A DNA stretch of 64,000 nt from Hyphomicrobiaceae bacterium. GTDB lineage: Bacteria > Pseudomonadota > Alphaproteobacteria > Rhizobiales > Hyphomicrobiaceae. The position numbers were made by a program, and so were the translations under genes. The stretch spans positions 2,120 to 66,119 of the forward strand of contig JANMGQ010000066.1 in the NCBI GenBank assembly GCA_031374735.1, written 5' to 3'. Below the pieces are notes generated by a model. It was not told the origin of the DNA and ran no database searches. It saw nothing but the letters and a program-made list of their open reading frames with translations. Below are positions 8,899 to 18,782 of this stretch, in pieces. Within the stretch, counting starts at the first letter, position 1, and every line of letters starts with the position of its first letter.

Positions 8899-10065
8899 AT
8901 GTCCGATCCGAAATCGCTCGACCCGAAATCCGTGCGGCCCGAAACGTATGCGGCACAGGCTGGCGGCGTGATCGATGCTGATACTGGCGCGATCGTCCCG
9001 CCCATCCACCTCGCGACGACCTACATCCGCGATCCCGACAATCAGTATCGTAAGGGGTTCATCTATGGCCGGCCGGACAATCTCACGGTGCGCCAGTGTG
9101 AAGACGTGCTGACGGCGCTGGAGGGCGGTGCGGCAACCCTGGTTTCAGGCTCTGGCATGGCGTCGGCCACGTGCGCGTTTCTCGCCCTCGAACGCCCCTG
9201 CCATGTGGTCGCGCCTGAGGTCATGTATTGGGCTTTGAAGCTCTGGCTGAAGGAGGATGCGCCGGCGCACGGCATCACGACGACGTTTGTCGACGGCGCT
9301 GATCTCGCAGCCTTCGAAAAAGCCGTACAACCCGGCAAGACAAAAATGATCTGGCTCGAAACACCCGCCAATCCACTCTGGACCATCTCGGATATTGCCG
9401 GCGCCGCAAAGATCGCCAGAGCCGCGGGCGCGCAGCTGGCGGTTGACTCGACGGTTGCGACACCCGTGTTCACGCGCCCCATCGAACACGGCGCCGACAT
9501 CGTCATGCATGCAGCCACCAAGTATCTGAACGGCCACTCCGACGTGGTCGCGGGCGCTCTGGTTTTTGCCCGCAAGGACGCCACGTTTGAGCGCGCCGTG
9601 CGCGTTCGCAAAATGCTGGGCGGTATTCTCGGTCCCTTCGAGGCCGCGTTGCTGTTGCGCGGCATGCGCACGTTGCATGTGCGCGTCGCCCGCCAGACTG
9701 AGACCGCTGCGGCCGTCGCCAAACACTTCGCCGCCGATTCGCGCGTGTCGCACGTGCTTTACCCTGGCCTCGATGGACATCAAAACCACGCTGTCGCCGC
9801 GCGCCAGATGCAAGGCGGCTTCAGCGGTATGCTGTCGATCCGCGTCAAGGCCGGAGAAGCCGCGGCAGTCCGTGCGGCGGCAAACGTCAACATCTGGAAA
9901 CGCGCCACATCGCTCGGCGGGGTCGAAAGCCTGATCGAACATCGCGCGTCCATCGAGGGCGCGGGCAGCCCATGCCCGACCGATCTGCTGCGCTTGTCTG
10001 TTGGCCTCGAAGACGCCGGCGATCTGATCCGTGACCTCGATCGCGCGCTTGGGGCGAATACCTGA
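8899..10065 (+). CDS. Cys/Met-metabolism PLP enzyme (cystathionine gamma-synthase / beta-lyase / sulfhydrylase family)
   Basis: PPIHLATTY, SGMAS, HAATKYLNGHSDVVAG (PLP lysine), SLGGVESL motifs. Confidence 0.85.
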   Translation: MSDPKSLDPKSVRPETYAAQAGGVIDADTGAIVPPIHLATTYIRDPDNQYRKGFIYGRPDNLTVRQCEDVLTALEGGAATLVSGSGMASATCAFLALERPCHVVAPEVMYWALKLWLKEDAPAHGITTTFVDGADLAAFEKAVQPGKTKMIWLETPANPLWTISDIAGAAKIARAAGAQLAVDSTVATPVFTRPIEHGADIVMHAATKYLNGHSDVVAGALVFARKDATFERAVRVRKMLGGILGPFEAALLLRGMRTLHVRVARQTETAAAVAKHFAADSRVSHVLYPGLDGHQNHAVAARQMQGGFSGMLSIRVKAGEAAAVRAAANVNIWKRATSLGGVESLIEHRASIEGAGSPCPTDLLRLSVGLEDAGDLIRDLDRALGANT

Positions 10066-10066
10066 G

Positions 10067-10819
10067 ATGTTCTCGTTCGCCGAATTCTCCTGGTCCGCCC
10101 TGGCCTTGATCGCGCTCGGCGGGTTCACCGGCGGCATCGTCAACGGTCTCACAGGCTTCGGCACGGCCTTGTCGGCCATGCCGTTCTGGCTACAGGCCGT
10201 GCCGCCACCGGTCGCGGCGCAGCTTGGTGCGTGCGGCGGCATTGCGGGGCAGCTGCTGACGTTTCGTGCGATTTGGCATGCGATCGACTGGCGCAATCTG
10301 CTGCCGATGTTGCTCGCAGGTCTGGTCGGTATCCCCTTCGGCGCTGTGTGTCTGACGTTCATCAATCCCGTCCTGTTCAAGCAGGTTGTTGGCGTGACGC
10401 TGATCGTCTATGCGCTGAGCATGTTGTTTGCGGGTGACCGCTTGCGCCTGGCGCCACGCGGTCGCGTCGCTGAAATGGTCGTCGGCTTCATTGGTGGTTT
10501 TCTGGGTGGTCTCGCTGGCATGTCCGGCCCGGCACCGACGATCTGGGCCGCGTTACAAGGCTGGACCAAGGAGCGACGCCGCGGTGTGTTCCAGGCCTTC
10601 AACTTCGTGATCCTATCGGCAATGCTGATCGCTCATGCCGTCATGGGGCTGATACCTGCCAGCCTGCTGACAGCCGCCGTGGTCGCCCTGCCCGGCACGT
10701 TTGTCGGTGTCACAATCGGCCAGTGGCTCTATGCGCGGCTTGATGACAAGGGTTTCGATCGCGTCGTGCTCGCGCTACTCGGCCTTGCCGGCGTGATGCA
10801 ATTGACCATCGGTCGATGA
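10067..10819 (+). CDS. TauE/SafE family sulfite/anion exporter
   Basis: About 250-aa polytopic membrane protein with duplicated GG..G.LAG..G.GGG-type motifs (GGFTGGIVNGLTGFG, GGFLGGLAGMSGP). ATG lies 1 nt after the upstream stop. Confidence 0.75.
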   Translation: MFSFAEFSWSALALIALGGFTGGIVNGLTGFGTALSAMPFWLQAVPPPVAAQLGACGGIAGQLLTFRAIWHAIDWRNLLPMLLAGLVGIPFGAVCLTFINPVLFKQVVGVTLIVYALSMLFAGDRLRLAPRGRVAEMVVGFIGGFLGGLAGMSGPAPTIWAALQGWTKERRRGVFQAFNFVILSAMLIAHAVMGLIPASLLTAAVVALPGTFVGVTIGQWLYARLDDKGFDRVVLALLGLAGVMQLTIGR

Positions 10820-10890
10820 CATTGATCTACTCCGACGCGGGCGGATCACATAGCCTCGCAGCTTTCGCCAGTCGCACCGCAGCAAGCCGC

Positions 10891-11886
10891 TTAATTGCGA
10901 CCCGCTTCTAAAACCACCTTGCAGTCGGCCGGCAGCTGATCGAGCGTGATTTGACGCTGCTCGCCCTCTGACGTCGACTTCGGTGGTTTGGCGATCAGCT
11001 TCAGCCAATCGTCCACCTCTTTGCCGCAGCCATCATCTCCGGGAACGGCCTTTTGCTGCGCGCACGTCGTGGAGCCCGTGGGGCAACCGATGCGAATGTG
11101 AAAGTGGTAATAATGCCCCCAGATCGGTCGCACCTTGGTCAACCAACCGCGATCCGCGTCGGCAGCCGACATGGTACAGATGGCCTTCTTGATGGCCGGG
11201 TGCACCAGCACGCGCTCCACCTGCTGGTATTCGGCCGCGCGTTTGAGCAGCTTGCGGTGTGCCTCGGTGAAGACCTTCGGATCGACAGACAGGTCCCCGG
11301 GTGCGAGCATGGAGATCGCCGACATCTCCTCGCGCTCGGCTTTTGACAGGGTGCGCGGCGGCATCGGCGTGAACCAGATGTCCGCGTCGAGGCCAATCTG
11401 ATGCGATGCATGCCCGGTGAGCATGGGTCCGCCGCGCGGCTGCGAGATGTCGCCGACCAGCAAACCGGGCCAGCCGTCCTTGGCCTTGGAGTCCTTGGCA
11501 AACGTTTGCACCAGCGCGACCATATCCGGATGGCCCCAGTTGCGATTGCGCGACAGGCGCATGGCCTGCCACGCGGGTCCGTCGACGGGCAGCGCCTTGG
11601 CGCCGGCAAGGCAGCCCTTGGAATAGTTGCCGATGGCACGGGCTGCCAGCGGGGCCGGCGCACTCAACGCGCCAAACAGACTGCGAGCGGCGACGACAGG
11701 CTCCTGCGGGCGGACGGGCTGCACGACATTGCCGGGCGTCGGCGCATGAATGCTGGCCGCGGGATCGGCGGGCTTTGCCTCTTGAGCGCCCGCTTCAACG
11801 TGCGCCAGCACCGCCACTGAGCACAGGCTCAGGGCCCCCGCAATCCACCGTTGCCCGATCATGTCGCGCATCCACACTGTCCGCAT
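10891..11886 (-). CDS. mepA: Penicillin-insensitive murein endopeptidase
   Basis: NWGHPDMV, GDISQPRGGPMLTGHASHQIGLDADIW, HPAIK, HYYHFHIR motifs of MepA; signal peptide. Alternative starts at 11871/11862. Confidence 0.85.
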   Translation of the reverse strand: MRTVWMRDMIGQRWIAGALSLCSVAVLAHVEAGAQEAKPADPAASIHAPTPGNVVQPVRPQEPVVAARSLFGALSAPAPLAARAIGNYSKGCLAGAKALPVDGPAWQAMRLSRNRNWGHPDMVALVQTFAKDSKAKDGWPGLLVGDISQPRGGPMLTGHASHQIGLDADIWFTPMPPRTLSKAEREEMSAISMLAPGDLSVDPKVFTEAHRKLLKRAAEYQQVERVLVHPAIKKAICTMSAADADRGWLTKVRPIWGHYYHFHIRIGCPTGSTTCAQQKAVPGDDGCGKEVDDWLKLIAKPPKSTSEGEQRQITLDQLPADCKVVLEAGRN

Positions 11887-12019
11887 CGTTGACCAAGCCT
11901 ATCATGCGTAAAACTGCGGCGGAACTCGGATTGACCAACAGGGCTGTGTGCCCCCGGGATTGCCCCGCTGGTTCGGCTCATGCCACCAGGGCCAGACGTG
12001 ATCTGCAGCGAGGCCTGCC

Positions 12020-13405
12020 ATGGCGAAAGCCGCCAAGACCCAGTTCGTGTGCCAGAACTGCGGCACGACCGCGCCCAAATGGACCGGCAAATGCGTCGGC
12101 TGCAACGAGTGGAATACATTGGCCGAGGAGGCCGATGCGGCAGCCACGCCGGGATCAGGCTTGACGCGCACGAGCCGCGGCCGTGTCGTGGCACTCGAAA
12201 GCCTGACAGGCTCGACCAAGGACGCCCCGCGTCTCAAGACCAGCATGCCCGAACTCGATCGCGTCACCGGCGGCGGCATCGTGCCCGGATCGGCGCTGCT
12301 CATCGGCGGCGAACCCGGCATCGGCAAATCAACGCTGTTGCTACAGCTGACCGCGCAAATGGCGCTGGCCGGCCGACGCACCATCTACTTCTCCGGCGAG
12401 GAAGCCGTGGCGCAAGTTCGGTTGCGCGCGGAACGGCTCGGCCTGTCGAAGGCGCCAGTCGGCCTCGCATCGGAAACGAACCTGTCGAACATCCTCGCCA
12501 CGCTCGACGCTGAAAAGCATGCAGATCTCGTGGTTGTCGATTCCATTCAAACGCTGTGGGCCGATGGCGTCGACAGTGCGCCCGGCACGGTCAGCCAGGT
12601 GCGCGCCGCCACACAGACCTTGATCCGCTACGCCAAGCAGGCCGGCTGCGCCGTCGTGCTGGTCGGGCACGTCACCAAGGAGGGCAACATCGCCGGCCCG
12701 AAAGTGGTCGAGCATATGGTGGATGTCGTGCTCTCGTTCGAGGGCGATCGCGGGCATCCCTTTCGCATTCTGCGCGGCATCAAGAACCGCTTCGGCGCGA
12801 CCGACGAAATCGGCGTGTTCGAGATGGCGCAGGAGGGCCTGCGCGAAGTGGCCAATCCATCCGAGTTGTTTCTCGGCGACCGCGATTCGACCACGCCTGG
12901 GTCAGCGGTGTTCGCTGGAGTCGAAGGCACGCGTCCACTGCTGGTCGAAATCCAAGCGCTGGTCGCGCCATCGTCCCTCGGCACACCGCGGCGTGCGGTG
13001 GTGGGATGGGATTCAAACCGCCTCTCGATGATTCTCGCCGTATTGGACGCGCGTTGTGGTGTCAGCTTTGCCCAGCACGATGTTTATCTCAACGTGGCCG
13101 GTGGTTTGAAGATCACTGAGCCAGCGGCTGACCTCGCCGCAGCCGCCGCTTTGCTGTCGTCGCTGTCCAATGCGCCGCTGCCCGCCGAGCACGTCTACTT
13201 CGGCGAGATATCCTTGTCGGGCGCAGTCCGACCCGCAGGACATATGGCGACACGATTGCGCGAAGCGCAGAAGCTCGGCTTCAAGGCGGCCGTGCTACCG
13301 GCCGCAGGCGAAGTCGAGAGCGGCGGCTTCAAGCTGAAACTCGATCGCGTGGGCTCGCTTGAAACGCTGGCGGCGCGACTTGCGCAAAAGACCCCGCGGC
13401 GTTGA
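12020..13405 (+). CDS. radA: DNA repair protein RadA
   Basis: N-terminal Zn-finger CQNCG...CVGC, Walker A GEPGIGKST, KNRFG motif, Lon-like C-terminal domain. Confidence 0.95.
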   Translation: MAKAAKTQFVCQNCGTTAPKWTGKCVGCNEWNTLAEEADAAATPGSGLTRTSRGRVVALESLTGSTKDAPRLKTSMPELDRVTGGGIVPGSALLIGGEPGIGKSTLLLQLTAQMALAGRRTIYFSGEEAVAQVRLRAERLGLSKAPVGLASETNLSNILATLDAEKHADLVVVDSIQTLWADGVDSAPGTVSQVRAATQTLIRYAKQAGCAVVLVGHVTKEGNIAGPKVVEHMVDVVLSFEGDRGHPFRILRGIKNRFGATDEIGVFEMAQEGLREVANPSELFLGDRDSTTPGSAVFAGVEGTRPLLVEIQALVAPSSLGTPRRAVVGWDSNRLSMILAVLDARCGVSFAQHDVYLNVAGGLKITEPAADLAAAAALLSSLSNAPLPAEHVYFGEISLSGAVRPAGHMATRLREAQKLGFKAAVLPAAGEVESGGFKLKLDRVGSLETLAARLAQKTPRR

Positions 13406-13521
13406 ATTTCTGCTGATGTATCCTCCGGAACAGCCGCCTCTCCTGGGTCGGCGCATAACAGCGTCACGAGCGAAACAAAACAACCCCACCCGCTCGGTGA
13501 GACACCCCAAGGAGAGACCCA

Positions 13522-13812
13522 ATGTCGAAGAAAATCATCCTCGCCGCCATCCTCGCAGCCTTCACGGCATCGGCCATCGATATTCCCTCTGCCTTCGCCG
13601 GGCCAAAGCGCAATTTCAATGCCGACGGTGGACGCGGCGGCAGCCGCAACTCCGGCGACAACTCCGGCAACGGCGGATTTGGTGGCGAGATCAACAAAGC
13701 CGGCAAAGCCAAGTCCGGAACAACAGCCTCGGCCCGCGGTGGCAACGGCGGCAGCCGCAACAGCGGCAACGGCTCCGGCAACGGCGGCGACGGTGGCAAG
13801 ATCTCGTTTTGA
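13522..13812 (+). CDS. Small secreted Gly/Asn/Ser-rich repeat protein (function unknown)
   Basis: AAGGAGAG RBS upstream; signal peptide MSKKIILAAILAAFTASAIDIPSAFA. The mature part holds two copies of GG(R/N)GGSRNSG.(N/G)SGNGG.GG(E/K)I. Confidence 0.6.
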   Translation: MSKKIILAAILAAFTASAIDIPSAFAGPKRNFNADGGRGGSRNSGDNSGNGGFGGEINKAGKAKSGTTASARGGNGGSRNSGNGSGNGGDGGKISF

Positions 13813-13847
13813 GCGATCCGCGCCAACGCATGCTTGAAAACTGCGAG

Positions 13848-13873
13848 CCCTTCGGTGCCCCTGCACCGGAGGG
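13848..13873. terminator. Bidirectional stem-loop between convergent genes
   Basis: CCCTTCGGTGC-CCCT-GCACCGGAGGG, 11-bp stem (one G.U), followed by TTT on the plus strand. Confidence 0.45.
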
Positions 13874-13881
13874 TTTCGCCG

Positions 13882-15264
13882 TCACGCCCAGGCCGCCGGA
13901 TAGCTGCCGAGTTCTGCCGACGGCAGCGCATAGCGGGCTGGCGTGCGCGAGAGTTGCGCGGCGTGCCGCACGGCACGCATCTCGCCATAACCGGATGGTG
14001 TCGTCTCGATCAGATCTTGTACCATATCCAATGTCGGATCCGGGCAGGCAAAACCGTTGTCGACACGGCCGAGCGATTTCAGCCACTCGCCCACTTGCGC
14101 AAGCGACGTGCGCACCATCCACGAGCCGCCCTGCTCGCGTTGGCGCGCGAGCGCCACCATCGCGCCAAAGGCCAGAATAAAGCCCGCACCGTGATCGAGC
14201 GCTTGCGCGGGCAGTTCCCTGGGACGGTCCCACACGCCTGCACCCGCAAGAGCTTCGGCCTCGGCAACATTGATGCCGTTGGCATTCTGGGTGAGGCTGT
14301 CGAAGCCGCGTCGGTCGGCCCACGGGCCGACGTGCGAATAGGCAGAAAGCGTTACGTAGATGATGCCGGGTGACGCCGCGGCGAGCGCCTCGGGCGAGAA
14401 ACCTTTCGCGCTCAGGCCGCCGGGACGATAGCCTTCGAGGAACACATCCGCGCCACCGGCAAGCGCCATCAAGTGCGCGCGACCGCTGTCCGTCGCAAGA
14501 TCGACGAAGGCCGGCCGCTTGCCGCGCGCCACGTCCATAACGGCGATCGACGGCAGATGCGGCGACGTCACATAGAGGACGTCGGCACCGTGCACGGCCA
14601 GGGTTCGCCCGGCGACAGGACCTGCGATGATGCGGGTCAAGTCGAGCACGCGCACGCCGGACAATGGACGCGTGGGCTGTGCCGTAAACGTGCGCGGTGC
14701 GGCCTCGCCGATCTTCACGATCTCGAACAGTGGGAGTTGCGCCACCGCGCGGCCCTGCGGATGCGCCGCCCATTCAGCCTGCGTGCGCAGCATCGTCGCG
14801 ACCATGTTGCGATCAGCCGCGGCAGTCTCAAACGCCTCGCCGTCCCACCCGAGCAGCTTTTCCTGCACGCTTTCGCGTGTGTACGCGGCGCCGAGCAGCG
14901 CGAGAATACCGTCGCGATGGTGCGCGAAGTTGGTGTGGATGCGCACCCAGCGATGATCGCGCGTGCGGTAGAGACCGGCGATCTTGTCCCACAGGTCCTG
15001 CGGTGGCGCGGGGACGCGCACGTAGCGCTCCGAGCGGAACTCGATCGCTGCGTGGCGCATATCGACGCTGACGGTTTGCTCCTCGCCGATGCGCTGGCGC
15101 CAGATTTCAGCCGCGGCCAAACCCGCTGCGGCGATCGTCGCCTGCGCGATCGTCCCGACACGGAACGATGATGGCAATGCTGGATCGCTGCCAGTGAGAT
15201 GCACGGCATCGAGCGCCGCGCGACGACCGCCAGCCATGGTCCACAAAGTTTGAAGCGTTGTCAT
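13882..15264 (-). CDS. CoA-transferase, family III
   Basis: GVRVLDLTRIIAGPVAGRTLAVHGADVL core motif of the CaiB/BaiF/Frc family; last gene of the minus-strand operon. Confidence 0.85.
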   Translation of the reverse strand: MTTLQTLWTMAGGRRAALDAVHLTGSDPALPSSFRVGTIAQATIAAAGLAAAEIWRQRIGEEQTVSVDMRHAAIEFRSERYVRVPAPPQDLWDKIAGLYRTRDHRWVRIHTNFAHHRDGILALLGAAYTRESVQEKLLGWDGEAFETAAADRNMVATMLRTQAEWAAHPQGRAVAQLPLFEIVKIGEAAPRTFTAQPTRPLSGVRVLDLTRIIAGPVAGRTLAVHGADVLYVTSPHLPSIAVMDVARGKRPAFVDLATDSGRAHLMALAGGADVFLEGYRPGGLSAKGFSPEALAAASPGIIYVTLSAYSHVGPWADRRGFDSLTQNANGINVAEAEALAGAGVWDRPRELPAQALDHGAGFILAFGAMVALARQREQGGSWMVRTSLAQVGEWLKSLGRVDNGFACPDPTLDMVQDLIETTPSGYGEMRAVRHAAQLSRTPARYALPSAELGSYPAAWA

Positions 15265-15294
15265 GGGCGTGCCTCCGTGAGCCTGCGAACACTC

Positions 15295-16929
15295 TCAGCC
15301 TGTGCGTCGGATCGTCGGCGCCGCATGGCCCTCGATCATGACATTGATGCAGGCCGGCTTGCCGCTGGCGATGGCGCGCTCAAGCGCTGGCAGCAGTTGA
15401 TCTGCCGACGTCACGCGCTCGCCATGGCCGCCAAGGGCTATTGCGACGGCTTCATATGCTGTCGGCAAAAGCGAGCAGCCATGCGCGCGATCCGCACCGT
15501 AGCTGCGCAACTGGATCTGATGCTCTGCGTTCCAGCGGGCGTCATTGCCGACCACGGCGACGAACGGCAGAGTGTGGCGTACGGCCGTATCGAATTCCGC
15601 CATGTGGAAGCCAAAGGTGCCATCGCCCATGACGGCGACGATGGGTGCTTTGCGTTCGACCACGCGGGCTGCGAGTGCGAATGGTATCGACGCACCAATG
15701 GAGCCGGCGACCCCGTTGATGACGCGACGTGGCGCACTGATGCACGCCTGCGCCCATTGGCCGATCTCGCCGCCGTCGGCGATGAAAATGCTTTTGGTGT
15801 CGCGGTCGAGTACCTGCTGCACGGCGCGACCGAGGTCGAGTGGATGGCTCAGTCCGCGAGCGCCTGTGGTGGTCGCCCAGGCCGGTGGACGGTAGGCGAC
15901 GGCTGAACGCACGGTTTCAAGCCATGCTACGTCGCCCGTGTTGACGAGTTCGTTTGCGAGCGACACCACGGTCGTATCGACGTCGACATGGGCTTGGCCT
16001 GCGAACCGTGCCGGTCGCGCGCGGCGCGCCCGGTCGATCATCGATTGATCAGGATCGAGCACGACGAGATCAGCGGTTGCAGAGATGCCCACCGGCGTGC
16101 CGAAGCGCAGTGTGAAGTCCAACGGCTTGCCGGCCAGGATGATCAGGTCGGCCTCGCGCAAGACTTCGGCAAAGGCACCGAGGCTCGGATCGGCGAGCCC
16201 TCGCGGGCTCTCCATTAAGAGCGCTGGAATACGCGTCTGCCGCTCGAAAAGGTCGAGTGCAAAGCGTCCGGTCTTGCGCGCGAACATTGGGCCAGCGAGA
16301 AGAAGTGGCCGCTTCGCGCCGCGAACGGACGCCGCAACGGCCCGCCACTGCGACATTTCAATCATCGGGTCGGCGATCGCGTGGCGCGCGGCACTCTCCG
16401 TCACGGTCGCCGTTGTCGCGGCCTCTAGAAGATCGCTCGGCAGTGCGATGTGGACCGGTCCGGGTCGGCCGCTTAGCGCTGTGCGGATCGCGCGGGCTAT
16501 ACCGTTACCGAAATCGTCCGCTGTGGCCGCGCGCAACGATTGCTTGCACACCGGCTGCGACATGGCGACCTGATCGAGTTCCTGAAACGACCCGCGACCG
16601 ACCTCCGTCGTTGGCGTGTCGCCCGAGAGCAGCAGCACGGGGCTGTCGGCCGCGATCGCGGTCGGCAAGCCGGCCGCCGCATTCGTGAAGCCCTGTCCGC
16701 CCGTGACCAGCACAACGCCGACGTCGCCGGTCAGCCGCGCGTAGGCATCCGCCATGTGCACGCAGGCGGCTTCGTGGCGTGTGTGGATGATCTCGATGCC
16801 GGAGCCAAGCAAAGCATCAAACAGCGACATGATGTGATTGCCGGACAGCGCGAACACGTGGCGCACGCCAGCAGACTTCAGTGCTTCGACAAGCAGATCC
16901 GCGCCTCTGCGTTGCTTTGCCATTGCCAT
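15295..16929 (-). CDS. Thiamine-diphosphate enzyme (acetolactate synthase / oxalyl-CoA decarboxylase / 2-hydroxyacyl-CoA lyase superfamily)
   Basis: N-terminal GADLLVEALKSAGVRHVFALSGNHI, ThDP-binding motif MGDGTFGF...VVGNDARWN; start overlaps the upstream stop (TGATG). Confidence 0.85.
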   Translation of the reverse strand: MAMAKQRRGADLLVEALKSAGVRHVFALSGNHIMSLFDALLGSGIEIIHTRHEAACVHMADAYARLTGDVGVVLVTGGQGFTNAAAGLPTAIAADSPVLLLSGDTPTTEVGRGSFQELDQVAMSQPVCKQSLRAATADDFGNGIARAIRTALSGRPGPVHIALPSDLLEAATTATVTESAARHAIADPMIEMSQWRAVAASVRGAKRPLLLAGPMFARKTGRFALDLFERQTRIPALLMESPRGLADPSLGAFAEVLREADLIILAGKPLDFTLRFGTPVGISATADLVVLDPDQSMIDRARRARPARFAGQAHVDVDTTVVSLANELVNTGDVAWLETVRSAVAYRPPAWATTTGARGLSHPLDLGRAVQQVLDRDTKSIFIADGGEIGQWAQACISAPRRVINGVAGSIGASIPFALAARVVERKAPIVAVMGDGTFGFHMAEFDTAVRHTLPFVAVVGNDARWNAEHQIQLRSYGADRAHGCSLLPTAYEAVAIALGGHGERVTSADQLLPALERAIASGKPACINVMIEGHAAPTIRRTG

Positions 16930-17582
16930 CAGATCACTTCGTCGGTGCGGTCGTCTGTTTCGCCGAAGCGGCGTAGCGCAGGCGGTTTGGTGCCGGCGTA
17001 GAGCGCTTTGATGCCCGGCTCGATCTTGGCGTTTTCCCGCTCGAACAGCGAATTGCCCTCAAAATCGCTGTCGACCAGGAATGGCCCGAAGTTCTCGACG
17101 TCGAGCACCCAGATGCCCTGCGCAAGGCCAAGTTCTAGCCAATGCGTGGCCGGCACATCCTTGATGCCGCGCCCGAGCAACGCGCCTGTGCCATAGCCGA
17201 CGGTGGTCAGATAGATGGCCTTGTTCGGCAAAAACGCGCGTTTGTAGTCGGCGCTCGACATGCCACCTTTGCCGATGATGACGTTGCAGCCAGAGACCTT
17301 CAGCCAGCCTTCGATCCATTTGGAAAAGCGAAAGCTGGCTGTCGCCGTGACGGCGCCCACTGTCGGTGCGCCGTTGTGATTGAGGGACGCCGCCGGTGAG
17401 CAGTGAAAACTCGCCGTGCCGATGTCAGCCGGCAGCGCAATGCCTTCATCGACGGCGCGCTTGTACACCCCCTCACGGGCCGTGTGCACGCGCCCCGTGA
17501 GATAGACGACGTCGCCAAGCTGGAGCTGGGCGAGAGCTTCCGTAGTCGCCGGCAGTTTCAAGTGGATGGTGCGCAGGGTCAT
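16929..17582 (-). CDS. Fe-S type hydro-lyase beta subunit (FumA C-terminal / TtdB-type)
   Basis: LGDVVYLTGRVHTAREGVYKR, IIGKGGMS motifs of the class I fumarase/tartrate dehydratase beta domain; start at MTLRTIHLKLP. Confidence 0.8.
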   Translation of the reverse strand: MTLRTIHLKLPATTEALAQLQLGDVVYLTGRVHTAREGVYKRAVDEGIALPADIGTASFHCSPAASLNHNGAPTVGAVTATASFRFSKWIEGWLKVSGCNVIIGKGGMSSADYKRAFLPNKAIYLTTVGYGTGALLGRGIKDVPATHWLELGLAQGIWVLDVENFGPFLVDSDFEGNSLFERENAKIEPGIKALYAGTKPPALRRFGETDDRTDEVI

Positions 17583-17586
17583 GTGA

Positions 17587-18552
17587 TCACTCCGCCGCCT
17601 GCACGATACCGCTCGCATTGTCCCACTCCACACCGGTGCGGCGCGAGTAGTCGGTGAACCACTGCGGGTCGGTGCGATATTCAACGCGGCCATCGGCGTG
17701 GATCCGGGCCGTTGCGCGGCGCGACGATAGGCAGAACATGTGCACGCTCATCGGCATGCCACCCGTGTGGCAATACCCGGCCTCGATGTGGCAGGCGACG
17801 ACCATGGACGAGCCCATAAAGCCCATCGCGCCCATGCCGATCGAATTGCCGAGCAGCTTGTATTCGTCCTCCATCGCCGCGATCTTGGGATCGGGATTGC
17901 GCGAGCCGACCGTGCGCAGGCACGAGGCCTGTTTGCCAAGCGTCATGCAGGCGTCCTTGGAGCCGCCAAGACCGACGCCGACGATGGCTGGCTGACAGGC
18001 AAGCCCGCGTTTGCCGAAACCAATCAGCGTATCGAGATAGAAGCGGCGGATGCCGTCCATACCGTCGCCCGGAAACAGCATGCGATAGTCGGAGCCGAAC
18101 AGGCCGCCTTTGTGCACCGTCGTCAGATCGATCCAGTCGCCCTCAGGATGAAACGCATATTCGATCTCCGGCGCGTTGATGCCGACGTTGTTGTTGTGAT
18201 CCGTGCGCCAGAGCGGATGCACGCGATTGGGCCTGAGCGGGACGTCTTGCGTGGCCTTCGCCGTCGCGCGCCGCAACGCCGCTTCGAGCGCGACAGGTCC
18301 GCCCGCCACGCGCGCGTCGTTGCCATACTTCACATACCAGCGCGGCACGCCGGTATCGCCGCACATGGCGCGACGATCTTCTTTCGCGGCCTCATAGTTG
18401 TCGAGCATGGCCTTGATGACGAACGACGACAGGTCGCCTTTCTCCGTGTTCGCGCACGCGCGCAAACCGCCGAGATAATCGTCGGGAATCTCGATGGCGG
18501 CCTTGGCCATCAAGATTTCGGCGGTGGATTGGATGAGGGAGGTTGGGATCAT
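17587..18552 (-). CDS. Fe-S type hydro-lyase alpha subunit (FumA N-terminal / TtdA-type)
   Basis: CGDTGVPRWYVK, GLGGSKD, Cys ligand context of the class I fumarase/tartrate dehydratase alpha domain. Confidence 0.8.
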   Translation of the reverse strand: MIPTSLIQSTAEILMAKAAIEIPDDYLGGLRACANTEKGDLSSFVIKAMLDNYEAAKEDRRAMCGDTGVPRWYVKYGNDARVAGGPVALEAALRRATAKATQDVPLRPNRVHPLWRTDHNNNVGINAPEIEYAFHPEGDWIDLTTVHKGGLFGSDYRMLFPGDGMDGIRRFYLDTLIGFGKRGLACQPAIVGVGLGGSKDACMTLGKQASCLRTVGSRNPDPKIAAMEDEYKLLGNSIGMGAMGFMGSSMVVACHIEAGYCHTGGMPMSVHMFCLSSRRATARIHADGRVEYRTDPQWFTDYSRRTGVEWDNASGIVQAAE

Positions 18553-18782
18553 AGGAAAGATTTGAACTCGTCTTCTGTCAGCCCGGCTTGGGCGATGATT
18601 GCTTTCACGGTGCCTTTCGGCAGCTCGCGCGCTCCATGATCTGGCACAGTTGTCTGGCGCCGCTTGTCCGTCATGTGTCGATAGATATGGTGACTGCCGC
18701 GGGTGCGGCGCAACTCGAACCCAGCACGCTTCAAGGCGCGCATGATCTCGCGCCCACGCAACGGAGGCAAACGGCCGCTCAT
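18549..18782 (-). CDS. hicA: Type II toxin HicA (mRNA interferase)
   Basis: 77 aa; REIMRALKRAGFELRRTRGSHHIY...TVPDHG.ELPKGTVKAIIAQAGL matches the HicA/YcfA fold signature; stop overlaps the start of the downstream hydratase gene (ATGA). Confidence 0.85.
   Translation of the reverse strand: MSGRLPPLRGREIMRALKRAGFELRRTRGSHHIYRHMTDKRRQTTVPDHGARELPKGTVKAIIAQAGLTEDEFKSFL

Noticed and set aside
9145-10380. 411-aa minus-strand ORF
   Set aside because: Antisense to the Cys/Met PLP enzyme and the TauE gene, both of which have clear family motifs. The composition is Arg/Ala/Gly-rich and low-complexity.
13195-14773. Several long ORFs (13195-13866 minus, 13359-14180 plus, 13691-14773 minus) overlapping the Gly-rich peptide gene and the CoA-transferase gene
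   Set aside because: They are alternative or antisense frames of genes with a signal peptide plus RBS or clear family motifs. Their products are Arg/Pro/Cys-rich and lack motifs.
17740-18639. 299-aa plus-strand ORF
   Set aside because: Antisense to the hydratase alpha subunit gene; Arg/Ala/His-rich shadow ORF.
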